Shown in pieces: positions 49,301 through 62,647 of a stretch of 64,000 bases of DNA. Within the stretch, counting starts at the first letter, position 1; each line of letters starts with the position of its first letter. Origin of the DNA: Octopus sinensis (Eukaryota); the NCBI RefSeq assembly GCF_006345805.1, contig NC_043001.1, forward strand, positions 66,836,001-66,900,000, written 5' to 3'. The position numbers and the translations under genes are program-made. The notes below the pieces were generated by a model. That model saw only the letters and a list, made by a program, of their open reading frames with translations. It had not been told where the DNA came from and ran no database searches.

Positions 49301-52204
49301 GTGATGCCTCATTGTTTTTATAAACATTTGGAGAAACTTCAATTTATCATTGTTGCAAGTAAAGCGAACAGTGATCAGATATACTGTAAACTCTGTTGCT
49401 ACTGTAAACTTGGATGGAACTTGGAAGTTTTCTTGTGTTGCTGATGGATTCATATTGGGAAATACTAAAGAAATGATATAGCTACACATATATACACACA
49501 CACACATGCACACTTACTGATACACAGGATAGTACTAGATATGATATGGTTATAGTACATGCATGTGTGCGCACACACACACACACACACATATAAATGG
49601 CAGTACCAAAAGCTGAATATGGTTATAGAGACACATGCAGAGTACGAGAGGCACAAACACATGGCAACACCACTCCAATTCCATGCATAATAGGGACCTG
49701 ATAACACACTCTTAAACTCAAATACATATAGATACTACTGTAGAGAAAGTGTTGAAAAGGACTCAGATGTATAGTAAAAGATTTTCAAAGTTTATTGGTT
49801 AATAAACAATAAAGATGTAAACTACAAACGGTGTTTGTATTGACACAGTGACCTTCCTAAGGTGTAATGATATCTGTTTCAAGATAGGGTTTTATATTAC
49901 AAAAAATATGATTAAACTAATCTCATTAGTTTTATTTAGTTAATTAGTTAATTTCTTTAACTCTTTTTCTCATGACTAAACTTCAGTATAACTTGACATT
50001 TCTTGCTAAAATATTTACCTTTTAACCAGAGATTGTCACCTTATAAGGAGACAATTTAGAACTGCCTCTAGAACAGACTTAACCTGGCATTGTCTCCTTA
50101 TAAGGGACATTCTATACTGCAATTATTTCTACTTTTCAATTCTACTATGTTGTAGTTGAACCCTATGTCAACTCTTTAATCAAAAGTATTCCATCCATGA
50201 CCATCCTGTATACAAGACGACAGTGACACTGATGATGTTGTAGTATTGATGGTGATGGTGGTGATACTGATGATGATGATGATGGTGGTTGCAGTGTCAG
50301 TGGTGGTGTTGTTGATGGTTCTGATGGTAACTGTGTCACCTCTACTTATTTTTCCTTGGTTTTAATCTTTCTTGGAATTTCAATTTCATCCCAACTCATC
50401 TTTATTATAGTTTCTTAATCTTCAAAATCGCTGCTTCATCTGTTGTTGAATTGGAGTGCCTCCCTCCTTCACTCACATTTAATAATTTAACTGGAATAAC
50501 TCCCTCCCTCCTATGCTTACACTCTCTGTTTCAAGCAGATGTCTCCCACTCTAGTTTAACTGGAGTGTCTTCTCATACTCTCTACTTAACTTTATCTACC
50601 TTATCTAGACTGTCTCCTTCCTTCCACACTCTCTATAGTTTATCTACAGCATTTCACCCCCTCCTCTTTCACATCAAGGAATTACTTTCCTTCCCTTTTA
50701 TTTCCATTTCTCTGTGTTGTACCTTTCTCTCTTAAAGTAAACAGCTGATCTGAAGAAGTAACATTACCTACTCTGCTATTCCTTCCCCTCCCTCCTCTCT
50801 CTCAGGTTGACATACTTACCTTTGTAAGAAGTGTCTTTAGAAGTAGCTGCTCACTGCCCAATATACTTGCCTCACCTTCTACAACTTACATGTTCTCAAT
50901 AGTTTATATTTGTTAATATTTTCCGCTTTAACTTACCGACTTGAACTGCTGGACTTTTTGTTAATTTGTTAATTTACATTTCTGCCTAATTAGTATTTCT
51001 CTTACTATAATTTAGCTGTTACAATAATATCAACTTTCGCGTAATTAACTAATTATCAAATAAAAATTTCTAGGAAAACTGTCTTCCTATATTTTGTCAT
51101 TGCTTCATTAATTTGGGTATATAAATTCTAAATGTGCTAACACAACAGCAGCAACGTGACAATAAATATAAATATTAACACACAAAACTGGGTGGGGGGA
51201 ACATACAGACCAGAAGGATAGACATAAAAACATGTCTCTCCCTCTCACAATATCTTATACCTTAACTGGACTACCAGAATCTGAGAAGGTAAGATACTCT
51301 TAATCTTTTAACTAACAAGCTCTTATTGTATTTTGTTTTAATGTAGTTCTAATAATCAGAGTATTGTACTCTAATTTTCACGATTGATCTTTACCAATTA
51401 TTGAGCCCTCCTGCCTTTGCAGTGGTGAGGAGTGGGACAAGTGGATCAACCAATATATTGGCAGTGAGGGGAATATCTAAAATCTGAGAGTATTGAGTTC
51501 AACTTTTCTCATCATTTCATGTCGTCATTCTATAGTTTTACATTTGCTTCTTCAAACTGATATAGGCTAGGTGAGGCTTTTTAAGGCTGGTTGCCCTTTC
51601 TCTCTCCAACCTTTTTAGTCACCTCTTATGACATGCTATACCTATGTGATATGATGTACTTATTCTTAAAACCAGGAGATACAGTAAATTATAGATATTG
51701 TGCCTAGTTGGGAAAGCCAAATATTGGGATTTATAGCTGTTTTGTCTTCTAGTTTGTTGGGAGACTGCTTCAGGTTGATAGTTTTGAATTTTATCTGATA
51801 CCCTTCTCTGTATTCTGCAATGATGGCCCTCACTGGATCAGTATAAAACATTGTAAAATATGTACCATAGGAAATGCAGTTCATCTCTTTAAGCAGTGGG
51901 AGGTAGTGTATAACTAAGAAAGAAGGGAATCACAAACTTGTGGTGCTGGGTTAGTTTGAAAAATCTGACAATATCCAAGATACAACCACTTCAGACCAAA
52001 TCAATGTTAAAAGTTATTAATTTTCTATCCCCTGTCTGTGTATATTGATATATTCCAGAATATGATTACTTTACCATTTTCTGAGACTTTTTCTGGTGTA
52101 TGTCTCTATCCTCTCTTGTCTGTTAGTATTTCTTTTTTATAGTGCTAGCATAATTGCCAGTGTATGAAAAACACATTTTCGTATCTGTATCATTATTGAA
52201 CCCA

Positions 52205-52605
52205 GAATGTGAAAAGCCTTAGTGGCTTTCCTTCTGACTTTTTACATTCTGGGTTCAAATTTTGTCAAGGTCAACTTTACTTTTCATCCTGTCAAGATGA
52301 ATAAAATAAGTACCAGTTGAATACTGGGGTCTATGTAATTAGCTTAACCATTCCTGGCCTTGTTCCAGAATTTGAAATCATTATTATTTGGCAGAATGGT
52401 TATATTATTTGAAAAAATATTTTGCTGTATTTGTTGCAGCTCTTTATGTTTTAAGTTCAAATCGTGCCAATGTCAGCTTTGCCTTTCATCATTTTGGAGT
52501 TGATAAAATAAAGTACCATTCATATACCTGGGATGAATAGTATCAACTAAACATAATCCCTCAAGATTTTTGGCCTTGTATCTATACTAGAAAGATTATT
52601 ATTAT
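52205..52605 (+). mobile_element. Two tandem family A SINEs
   Basis: Core ctttacttttcatcc at about 52275 and ctttgcctttcatc at about 52478, each followed by an ATT tail. Confidence 0.7.
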
Positions 52606-52945
52606 TGTTTATTCACAACAGTAGCAACAGACACTTTTAAGTTCAGTGCTATATAACATATCATGAACACACACACACACACATGTATGGATACATACAT
52701 AACACACATAATTTGTTTATTTAAACAAAAGAAATATTTTTTCAAACTGTCCAAGATAAAAATCTTTAGTTTTCTCTTTTTTTTATAAGTCTTTTTGTAA
52801 ACTCATTAACAACAATTAGCATTTTTACACAATTACTGTTTTTTTAACTACAAAAGCCATTACATATTGTCTAGCTACTACTTATTGTCTCTGTAAGTCT
52901 ATGTATGTCATCCACTTGACAGATTTCATACGTGTGTGTATGTGT

Positions 52946-52978
<33 letters not shown>

Positions 52979-55900
52979 GAAAATAGTTATCTCTTCCATC
53001 TGTATACCATTAGCAACAATAGGAGACAGTTTTCCTCCTAGAGGCCAACATGTTCTCTCTCTTAAAATCTGTTGTGTCTGCTACACCACTAACACCTTAA
53101 TCTCATCAATCTTGCCTTACAGAAAGAAATACTTTGAAATCATTTCTACTTGTTTTAAATTTTGTTTCCTTCTAATATTTCAGGAGAAAAATAAAATATG
53201 TTAGAAAAAATGTAAAAACAGAAAGACATATAGAAAAAAGAAAATAGTTGGTTTTTAATTAATTAAAATATTGAAAGGCTTTTTTTATCTCCTTTTTTTA
53301 CTATTTTTTTCCTAAATGATAAATGTTCTTTGTAAAAGTAAGTTTTTATGAATAATTAGAAAACAAGTTGGGCAATGAAACCTGTTTGATGCTTAGTGTA
53401 TGTGTGTGTGTACATGTGCATACACACACACACACATGTATCATCATCATCATCATATATCTACTTTCCATGCTGGCATGTATAGAATGGGTTGCCACAG
53501 ATGGCATCAGCACATATTTGGAGGTGCTCTTCACCTCAAGGATTAGGGGGTCACATTTCACTCATGACTTTGTATCCTAGCTTGCTGGGTACACTTTCTA
53601 ACACCAAGAATGTGTTTTTTTCATAACATCAGCAATATGGCAGTGTCAAACCCTCAATAAAATTAATCGATCCTCTCAGCTTTGCACTTTGTGTGTGTGT
53701 GTGATGGAGATGGGGAATTAGGGTTGAGAGGTCCTTTTAGTCATAGCTTACTGAAGACTTGGTGTACCTAGTGCACACTGTTTAAATGAATGAACAGAGA
53801 TAGCATAGGGTTGGGTGGTCCCATAAGTCTTGTTTCTCCTAAGATTTATCATCCTTTCTGGTGCTGGTGTCTTGAGAAAATGCATACAATACACACTGTA
53901 AAATGGTTGGTGATGTGAAGAATATTGACTCTTAGAAACCAAGCTAAGTGATGCGTTCAAGTATGAGAGCAGTAGCTTCCAATGAGAAAGGATGTGAACT
54001 GTAATACTCTATCCAACCAAAAGCATGGAAAGTGGGCATAAAATTGTCATCAGTGTCATCATTTAACATCCATGTTCCATGCTAGCATGGGTTGGATAAC
54101 TGAACCACAGAGGAAGAATAAAGTACAATGAACATGGTGTTAGTTTAACACTTGTAGAGTATTTGCAATAGGTGTGGTATTTGTATGTGTGCATGTGTAT
54201 GTGATATATATATATATATATATGAAGGTAACAATAATAATTTCTAATGTAGGCACAAATATAATGGACAGGAGCTGTCAATTAAAACAACCCCAGTACT
54301 ACAGTACTACTTATCTTATTGACCTTTGAATAATGAAAGGTAGAGTCAGCCCTGGTGAGATTTAAACTCAGAATATAGAGGGGTACAACTGTCCTGCCCT
54401 TCCAATATTCCTCTTGTCTCTTCTATTAATTTCACACACACTCACATTTGAACTTGGAATATAGAGGCCAGAAACTTTTGGTACTGGTATTTCTGCCTTT
54501 ATTTGTCTTTATGTGATTTCTATCATTGGCACAAGATAGACATTTTTGGTGTTTCTTTTTTATCTTACTGATTTCCTTCCTCTCTTCCATCCATCCATAG
54601 GATGAAAGGTAATGTTGACTTCAGTATGATTTGAACTCAGTATATTGTAACTAAATACGACAAGGCATTTCTATCCTCTTTCTCCCTACCACACCACTAC
54701 TTCACCACTGCTAATCTTCTTTGCTGTTTGTATCTTCTAATGACACCCCCTCCAGTCACTTTAAGTTGACATCTGCTCACAACAGTTTCTCACTTCCCAT
54801 CAAATCTTGTATAAATCTGTTTTTGTTCCTTTCATCCAGATGGTTGGACCCTGATTTGGGGTTGGTTGGAAGAGCAAGTGTATGTGTGTATATATATATG
54901 TGTGTGTGTGTGTGTTGCCTGTGTATATGTGAACATATCTGTATACATGCAGCCACCTGCACACACACATAAACATATATATATGTAAATACATAGCATG
55001 TAGTGCTTGCATGCACAAAGTAAGGTAGTTAGTGCATTTGTTGTGTACCTGTGAAACAAGGGAGGTGAAAATATGCCATCTGTCTGGTCAGATATCTTTC
55101 TGGAACATTTCCCCACTGAAATAGTTAAGTATCATCAATTTCTTCTTTCTTTAAGGATGCTAATAGATCATACATATTTATTACAATCTACACTGTTACC
55201 ACCATTCTCTCATCACTACACTCCCTCCTACTTCACTGTTTCTCTTATGTCATCTTCTCACTACATTTCCTTCCTCACTTCACTTTTACTCCCTACACTT
55301 AATCTTCTATTTGCAATATTTCTATCTGTTATCCTGAATCAGTGCTAGGTTTGTCATTCTAAATCATTTGTTTCAACTGAAAATACTTTCAGTTAATTTA
55401 TTAATAAGTAATTTGATTGTTACTGATTTTTGTTGTTGTCGGTAACCCTTATTGTTTTCAGCTGTGTTTATCTTTCTTTCAGGCTCTGTGGATTACCTTG
55501 TTTATTGTTACTTCATTTTAAAAATAGTAAGAATGTGATTTGGTTACTATTTTTGGGTTTGATTTAGATAATATTAGGTGGGCTATATAAGGCAATAAAT
55601 AGATCAATATGGCCGCCATCTGAAAGATCAGCATGGCTACCATCTAAGCAATGATGACAATGTATGTCATTGTGGATATCCAGGTAATTACTAACCAGTG
55701 AAGAATCACATCCATGGCTGTGTTGTTGAGTTCACTTCACAACACTGTAGGTTAGGGTTCAGTTTTCTATTGCTGATTTGATTGGAACCATTATGTAAGT
55801 AGAGTTTGGTAAAGAGAAACTGTTTGGAAGCTTTCAGAAGGTACCACCATCCCTGTCCTTTGGTATCCGGTTTAATCTATCATCAGGTTTAATACCCCCA

Positions 55901-56639
55901 CTCCCTTGGGTATCCTTAGTGGAATTGCCTACCAGAAGGTTTAATATCTGATAGGAATTTTCTTGTGAGCATAGTAGTGAGTTTGATGGAGCTAAAATGA
56001 ACAGTTTGGGGGAAGATTTGATTTGTGTGCAATGTAGAGTTGGGTGCAAAAATATACAGTATGTATTGTGATCTTCTCTCTGTAGGAATACTACTTATGG
56101 ACCTGTCAAGGTTATATAGTGGAGGACTGAGTATTTATTTGCAGAGCTTATTTATTGATTTAAGATAGTCATGACAATGTTATACATTTATGATACCTTT
56201 GTTTATGAGACTAAGATTACACTTATTAAATTGTTTTACTGGTTTCATAGACTGTAGCCATACCGGACAACACTTTCTAAGATAATGTCAACTACTTTGG
56301 CCCAACCATCTACTTTATTGACTAAGACGGGATGAGAGGCAAAATGAGAAGCCATCCTGATAGCAGAGATCTTTAGGGTCAATCTTAATATCATAGAGAC
56401 CTACTTTCAACACAAGGGAGCTTTTGAGGGCATCACAACTCCTATTGTAACATATCTGGGTTTATGTTCCTGTATTAGTAATCATTATTTGATGAACTCA
56501 GGAAAATAATGGTAAGATCTTGACCAGCTGAGTCCAAAACTCATTCCCAGATGTAGTTGATTTTTTAAACCATTCCAGAAAAGCCTGATGTTCACATAAC
56601 ACCACTCCTCACCTTTGCATGGGAGAAGATCTGTGTTTA

Positions 56640-57060
56640 TGAATGACAATGTTTCTCACCTATTAAGAATAGAAAATTCTATATGAACAGCCTACAGAAT
56701 GATATTTAATGCTTCTACAGAACTATGCACACTTTTCTTCTTTACTATTTAATGTAATAGTACAATGGCCATTGTTGTAACTCCTCTATGGCTCTGAAGC
56801 CTGGACTAGTTGACATCTCTAGATGTTAGAAATATATCACCAGAAATGTCTGAGGAAAATTCATGCACATTTAGTGGCAGAACAAATGGTTGAATGATAA
56901 TCAACATATTTAGAGACATATAATCTATGATGGAGATCAAATTTTTGATACATCACTGACCGAACACCTCAACTGTAAGCATGTGTGTATAAAGCAATGC
57001 AAAGTAGCTGACATCCATCTTCTACTTGGTTGGTGATAGGACTTGTGGATCTCAGATTGA
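56640..57060 (+). mobile_element. Decayed RTE-BovB-like LINE RT fragment
   Basis: ctcctctatggctctgaagcctggact = LLYGSEAWT, followed by YHQKCLRKI; a different subfamily from the young RTE copies. Confidence 0.65.
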
Positions 57061-57869
57061 CCTACATAATCTTGTGCTGCTTCATAGATGTTAAATTAAG
57101 CTGGCAATCATCATTGACCTCAACAAATGTGTACCCATGATAATGAGGAATAATTGTAGGAGATATTTTAATATATCTTCCTGGTATTTATAATGGTTCA
57201 GATGGAATTATTGACTTGTTTATTTATGTCATGAAAATGAGAGATTTAAAGAGAAACTCATTATTACTGTTGCCAAACAGCTTTTACCACCACCATCAAT
57301 ACCATCACCACCACTGTCACCATCCAAAAACCATCACCTTCACCACTACCACTAACACATTCACCATCACTCCACTACCATCATCATCATTTATAATTTG
57401 CCATGCTGTCACATATCCCATATGGCTTAGTGGTTAGGGTATTTGGCACGTGATAGTAAGGTCATGAGTTCAATTCCCAATTTACTGATTATTTTGTCTT
57501 TGCTTATCTAATAGGAGTATCCCGTGGGACAACCTAGATAGATTATCTAATGCATAATCAAATCCCATTTTCCTAAGCTGTATTTTATTTCTTTTCAAAT
57601 ATGTTTATTTCTTTATCACTTATTCATTGGCTGGTTCAATAATCTTGTGTATCTACCTGTTAATTGCTCCATTTATATCTAATTTTGTTGAAGTTGTCAT
57701 TCTATCTTTCATCAATTATCTCATACTGCCATCATGATTGTTAATGGTTCTGTTTCTTGATTGATCTACCTGTCACTCACATCATTTAGATCATGTTCTG
57801 CTGAAATTGTTATTCTGTCTTCTTCATTGATTGTGATGTGTATTTTGCTATTATGTGGAATTCATTAGG

Positions 57870-58075
57870 GTGGAGAATAACAGGAATCATTTGAGCATTG
57901 CAGTATTTATTCACAGCCCTTTATGTTCTGAGTTCAAATTCTGCTGAGGTTAACTTTGCCTTTCATTCTTCTATGATCAATGAAATAAAGTACCAGTCAA
58001 ATACTAGGCTTGATCTCATCAACTGTTCCTTCTCCCTCAAATTTCTGGCCTTGTGATTATGTAAGAAATTATTAT
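57870..58075 (+). mobile_element. Family A SINE
   Basis: gagttcaaattctgctgaggttaactttgcctttcattc core and ATT tail. Confidence 0.78.
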
Positions 58076-59820
58076 GTAGAATCCGAAGTATGAAATTATT
58101 CTACACCTTAAAATAAGAGTGTGGGATTGGTCACCATGCAAAACGGTTAAAATTTTGAATTAGTTTCCAGTTTTTTTCCTACACCTAAAACTTAGCTGTT
58201 TAATCTGTTATAACCGCAGGCAATTTTAAGGTCAAACAACTGTTGTTTACCTAAGGTTGATGCTCAAATTGTAATTACTGATAATCTATTGCAGGTGTTA
58301 CACTGTGAAGTAAGCCCCAAATGTATTAAAAATTACAGGCTTTATGAAAGCACATGGACTTTATTTCTCCAGCAAAAGCGATGTTAGAAGGGTGACTTGT
58401 AAATTGTGTTATTACTAAGTCAAACAATATCATCTTAGTTCTCCAGCTTATCTCAATTCTAAATAAATGTTTGTTTTGATCTTGGCTCCAGTTTTAAGAT
58501 AACTTAACAAAGAAACACTCTGAACTACCTATATTCATGTGTGTGTGTGTCTGTGTGTGTGACACACATGCGCACACACTCGTAGATAGTTATACATAGG
58601 GTATATACATTCATGTGTGCACACACATAAATTGTTTATCTGCCTATCCTGTAGTTTATGTTACATCATATCTATGCAGTGTGTGTGTGTGTGTGTGTTA
58701 CGTCAGTATCTTTGCTCTCGTATACTTCAGTTTCTACCCTACCTCATGAATCTATTAATGAAGAAACAATTTGTTAAATTTACAACTACTACCATCTTGT
58801 TACTGCATTCCTCATTGGTTTTAGTCAGCCCAATATGAGCATCTAGAAATAGCAGCCAAATTTCCTTATATAAAATCTAATTATTATTAAAACAAGAACA
58901 CATTAGACTTTAGACAGAAATATATGAGTTATGATCTGAATGTGTTTGGTCATAGAGTTCACCTAGGACTAAACAACAATCAAACTATCAACATGCAAAC
59001 AGTAGAGCTTCTACATGGACACTTGACTTGCTAGAAGTAGTAGCCAATACACCCCCCTCTCAAATCACAACACCCTGATTTACATTAAAAAAAAAAAGAA
59101 AACAGGAAGGACACATTGTATAATTGTTGTCCTAGATATACTTAACTTAACTTAACTTATACTGTATGTAGAAGAAAGTTAGGATGGTCACAGCTGGAAA
59201 ATTTTGATTGTATGTCTGTTTGAACAAGGCTAATCCAAGTTTGAACAACAACCACCAAACCAGATTATCAACTTTCTCTTGTTGGAAGATGTTATGGTTT
59301 TTGAAGAGCTTACCTGAACAATGATCACTACCTGTAACTTCACCTGGCTCTGACCACACCTGTCTGTAAACACAGACTATCCTCTTATTCAAGTTTCTGA
59401 CAAAAGGAACTTAATTGACAAGAAAACCAGCTTTTCACCAGACATGTGCAGGTGGAAAATTGTGATTGCTGACTTAATAATGTTACTGTGCAAGTAGTGA
59501 ATCTCTTTATGAGGGATTCAAATGTCAGACTGGATTGGACAGTTTGACAGGATCGGACCTGTCTGTCTGCTGAAAACTCCCTCACTAAATGACTTACCTG
59601 AAGATACTGTTGTTGTTGTTTAGCCTTGAAACAGCAGACCTATGAAAGACTTAGGGCTACATTATTTAATGCATCCTCCATATTTTTATCCATTAGGATG
59701 TAATTTGAGAGAGCTTGGGCTGTTATTTCTGATAGAGTAACTAAATATACACAGGATGGTGCAAAGGTAGGCTTACAGTTGTATATATTTTCTATTTAAA
59801 GTAAATGTTTTCAAGTGATG

Positions 59821-59864
<44 letters not shown>

Positions 59865-59865
<1 letters not shown>

Positions 59866-60079
59866 TTACTACCCATAAGGGGCTAAACACAGAGGGGACA
59901 GACAAGCGGATTAGTCGATTACATCGACCCCAGTGCATAACTGGTACTTAATTTATCGACCCTGAAAGGATGAAAGGCAAAGTCGACCTCGGCGGAATTT
60001 GAACCCAGAACGTAATGACAGACGAAATACGGCTACGCATTTCGCCCGGCGTGCTAACATTTCTGCCAGCTCGCCGCCT
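59865..60079 (-). mobile_element. Young family A SINE
   Basis: CpG-intact aggcggcgagctggcagaaatgttagcacgccgggcg...gaggtcgactttgcctttcatcctttcagggtcgataaattaagtaccagt. Confidence 0.92.
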
Positions 60080-60083
60080 GTAT

Positions 60084-60330
60084 ATCATCATCATCATCGT
60101 TTAACATCCGTTTTCTGCGCTAGCACGGGTTGGATAGTTCGACCGGGGTCCAGTCTGATCTGGCAGTGTTTCTACAGCTTGATGCCCTTCCTAACGCCAA
60201 CCACTCCGCGAGTGTAGTGGGTGCTTTTTACGTGCCACCTGCACGGGTGCCAGAGGGGTCTGGCATCGGCCACGATCGGTTGGTGCTTTTTTATGTGCCA
60301 CCGGCACAGAAGCCATTCGAGGCGACATGA
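60084..60330 (-). mobile_element. Young RTE 3'-terminal fragment
   Basis: Near-identical reverse complement of 32130-32300, with one to two VNTR units and a (GAT)n tail. Confidence 0.9.
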
Positions 60331-60404
60331 CGAAAGTAAATAGAGAACCTTATAATCATTAAATTTGTTTTAATCTAAAATTATAAATTCAAATTATTTA
60401 TTAA

Positions 60405-61165
60405 TTATTATAATGTGAATATCTAGTTGACATGCCCTTTGCACTTATCAATGCATGGATCCTATTAGGCATGCTACTGATCAGATGATGTATATTCTTT
60501 TGAGGAATTTCTTGCCAAGTTTCATGCAGTAATCTCAAAAGATCTGGCTTTGGAAATGCTTTCTTGTTTTTTTTAAAAAGTGTCCTGTCCATTATTCCCC
60601 AGAGGTGTTCAATAGACCTCATATCTGGTGACTGACTTGACCATGAAAGCTTTTTAATGCCATTCTCTTTCAACCAATCTTGGGTCTTTTTAGCTGAGTG
60701 ACAAGGAGCCCCATCTTCTATAAATAAAGAGTTTTCTTTAATCATTTCACCACTGAAGAAGATTGTAAGCAGTCCTTTCTGCAATATGGACACATATTTA
60801 TCTGAGCTTATGTTTCCCTCCCACTCCACCAGCTCTGATCAACCGTTGCTCCAAATTACTCTACAAACCATCACAGACTAGCTGTCATGTTTCATTGTTG
60901 GTTGCAGTCTTTTCATGTCAAATTCTTGATCACAGAGTCTTGAAACCCACACTCGTCCACTGTCAGAAAATAAAGTAAATCTGGACTCATCAGAGAATAT
61001 GACAGTGTCCCAAAGTGCTAGTGGCTTCTCTACCATCTCACTGGTCCAATCTATTCTCCATTTGATATTAGCTGGTCAAAGATGTTGCTTCCTTCTTGCA
61101 GTTCTGCCATAGTAGCCAAGTCTGTGGAGATACCTGATAGCTGTTCTGAGACTGACATCAAATTG
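60405..61165 (-). mobile_element. Tc1 DD34E transposase fragment, 5'-truncated
   Basis: FSDESRFTLF...PTMKH...EDGAPCHSAK-(34 aa spacing)-SPDMRSIEHLW...LISSMPNRIHALISAKG. Confidence 0.92.
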
Positions 61166-61169
61166 TTCT

Positions 61170-61385
61170 GTTATGGAAGGCTGCATCAGACCCTAGTCTG
61201 ATTTGGCAGGGTTTTTTTATGGTTGAATGCCCTTCCACTCCAAGAGTGTAATGAGTGCTTTTACATGCCACCGACACGGATGCCATTTGCATGACACCAG
61301 ACTGTGTTTACATTCCACTGGCACAGGTGCCAATTTGCATGACATTGGTATCTGCTAAGACTGTGATTTTGTTCGCCTTGATAGG
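61170..61385 (-). mobile_element. Older RTE-type 3'-UTR fragment
   Basis: agtctgatttggcagggttt...atgcccttcc...gctttttacatgccacc matches the RTE tail reverse complement. Confidence 0.65.
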
Positions 61386-61436
61386 TCTTACATTATTTAC
61401 ATTTGACAGATATTTGTCCTCATCTTGTTTGTTGTT

Positions 61437-61482
61437 AACACAACGTTTCGGCTGATATACCCTCCAGACTTCATCAGGTGTC
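61437..61482 (-). ncRNA. Minimal type I hammerhead ribozyme motif (Penelope-type)
   Basis: Minus strand GACAC-CUGAUGA-A-GUCUG-GAGGGUAUAU-CAGCC-GAAAC-GUU-GUGUU: intact CUGAUGA and GAAA core boxes, stem I GACAC/GUGUU, stem II with one mismatch, and palindromic AACGUU in place of a closed stem III. Confidence 0.75.
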
Positions 61483-61560
61483 TTGGTGAAATTTCGAACC
61501 TGAGTTCTCATTCCCAAGGTATTTTTCAATGTTATTATTATTATTATTATGATTATTATT

Positions 61561-62647
61561 AGCTTCCGTTACCTAGGTGACCAAGTCAGTAGCAGGGGTG
61601 AGTGTGCTGAAAGTGTAACTGCTGGAGTAAGAATAGCCTAGGCAAAGTTCAGAGAGCCCTTACCTCTGCTGGTGACAAAAGGCCTCTCGCTCAGAGTAAA
61701 AGGCAGACTGTATGATGCATGTGTACAAACAGCCATGCTACATGGCAGTGAAACATGGGCCATGACTGCTGAGGATATGCGTAAGCTCACAAGAAATGAA
61801 GCCAGTATGCTCCGATGGATGTGTAATGTCAGTGTTCGTACTCGACATAGTGTAAGTACCTTGAGAGAAACGTTGGACTTAAGAAGCATCAGTTGTGGTG
61901 TGCAAGAGAGACGTTTGCGCTGGTATGGTCATGTGACAAGAATGGATGAAGATAGTTGTGTGAAAAAGTACCACACCCTAGCAGTTGAGGGAACCAGTGG
62001 AAGAGGTAGACCCAGCAAAACCTGGGACGAGGTGGTGAAGCACAACCTTCGAACTTTAGGTCTCACCGAGGAAATGACTAGAGACTGAGACCTATGGAAG
62101 TATGCTGTGCGTGAGAAGACCAAGCAGGACAAGTGAGACCATAACCCATGGCCTCTACCTGGGATGTAGTCAGTCCACTTATGCATACCTTTCCTTCTTT
62201 GGACACAAAACTCTACTTGTGAAGACCTGTTGAGGCAAGTGAGAATCAGAATCAGAATCGAAATCGATCAACATCAATGGAAATTGTAGCTGTGATACTA
62301 GTGCCGGTGGCATGTAAGCGAACAATCCGAACATGGCCGTTGCCAGCGCCGCCCCAACGGGCACCCATGCCGGTGGCCGTTGGCAGCCTCGCCTGGCCCC
62401 CGTGCTGGTGGCATGTAAAAAGCGCCATCCGACCGTGACCGTTTGCCAGCTCCATCTGGCACGTAAAAAGCACCCACTACACTCACGGAGTGGTTGGCGT
62501 TAGGAAGGGCATCCAGCTGTAGAAACATTGCCAGATCAGACTGGGCCTGGTGCAGCCTTCTGGCCTCCCAGACCCCAGTTGAACCGTCCAACCCATGCTA
62601 GCATGGAAAGCGGACGCTAAATGATGATGATGCTGATGATGATGATG
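61561..62647 (+). mobile_element. 5'-truncated RTE-clade LINE
   Basis: SFRYLGDQVS...KGLSLRVKGRLYDACV...ERRLRWYGHV...GRGRPSKTW, 3' UTR with two to three VNTR units, ccatgctagcatgg palindrome, (GAT)n tail. Confidence 0.95.

Noticed and set aside
50808-50822. Consensus minus-strand splice donors (also near 59592)
   Set aside because: No associated open exon or acceptor; such matches are expected by chance in 64 kb.
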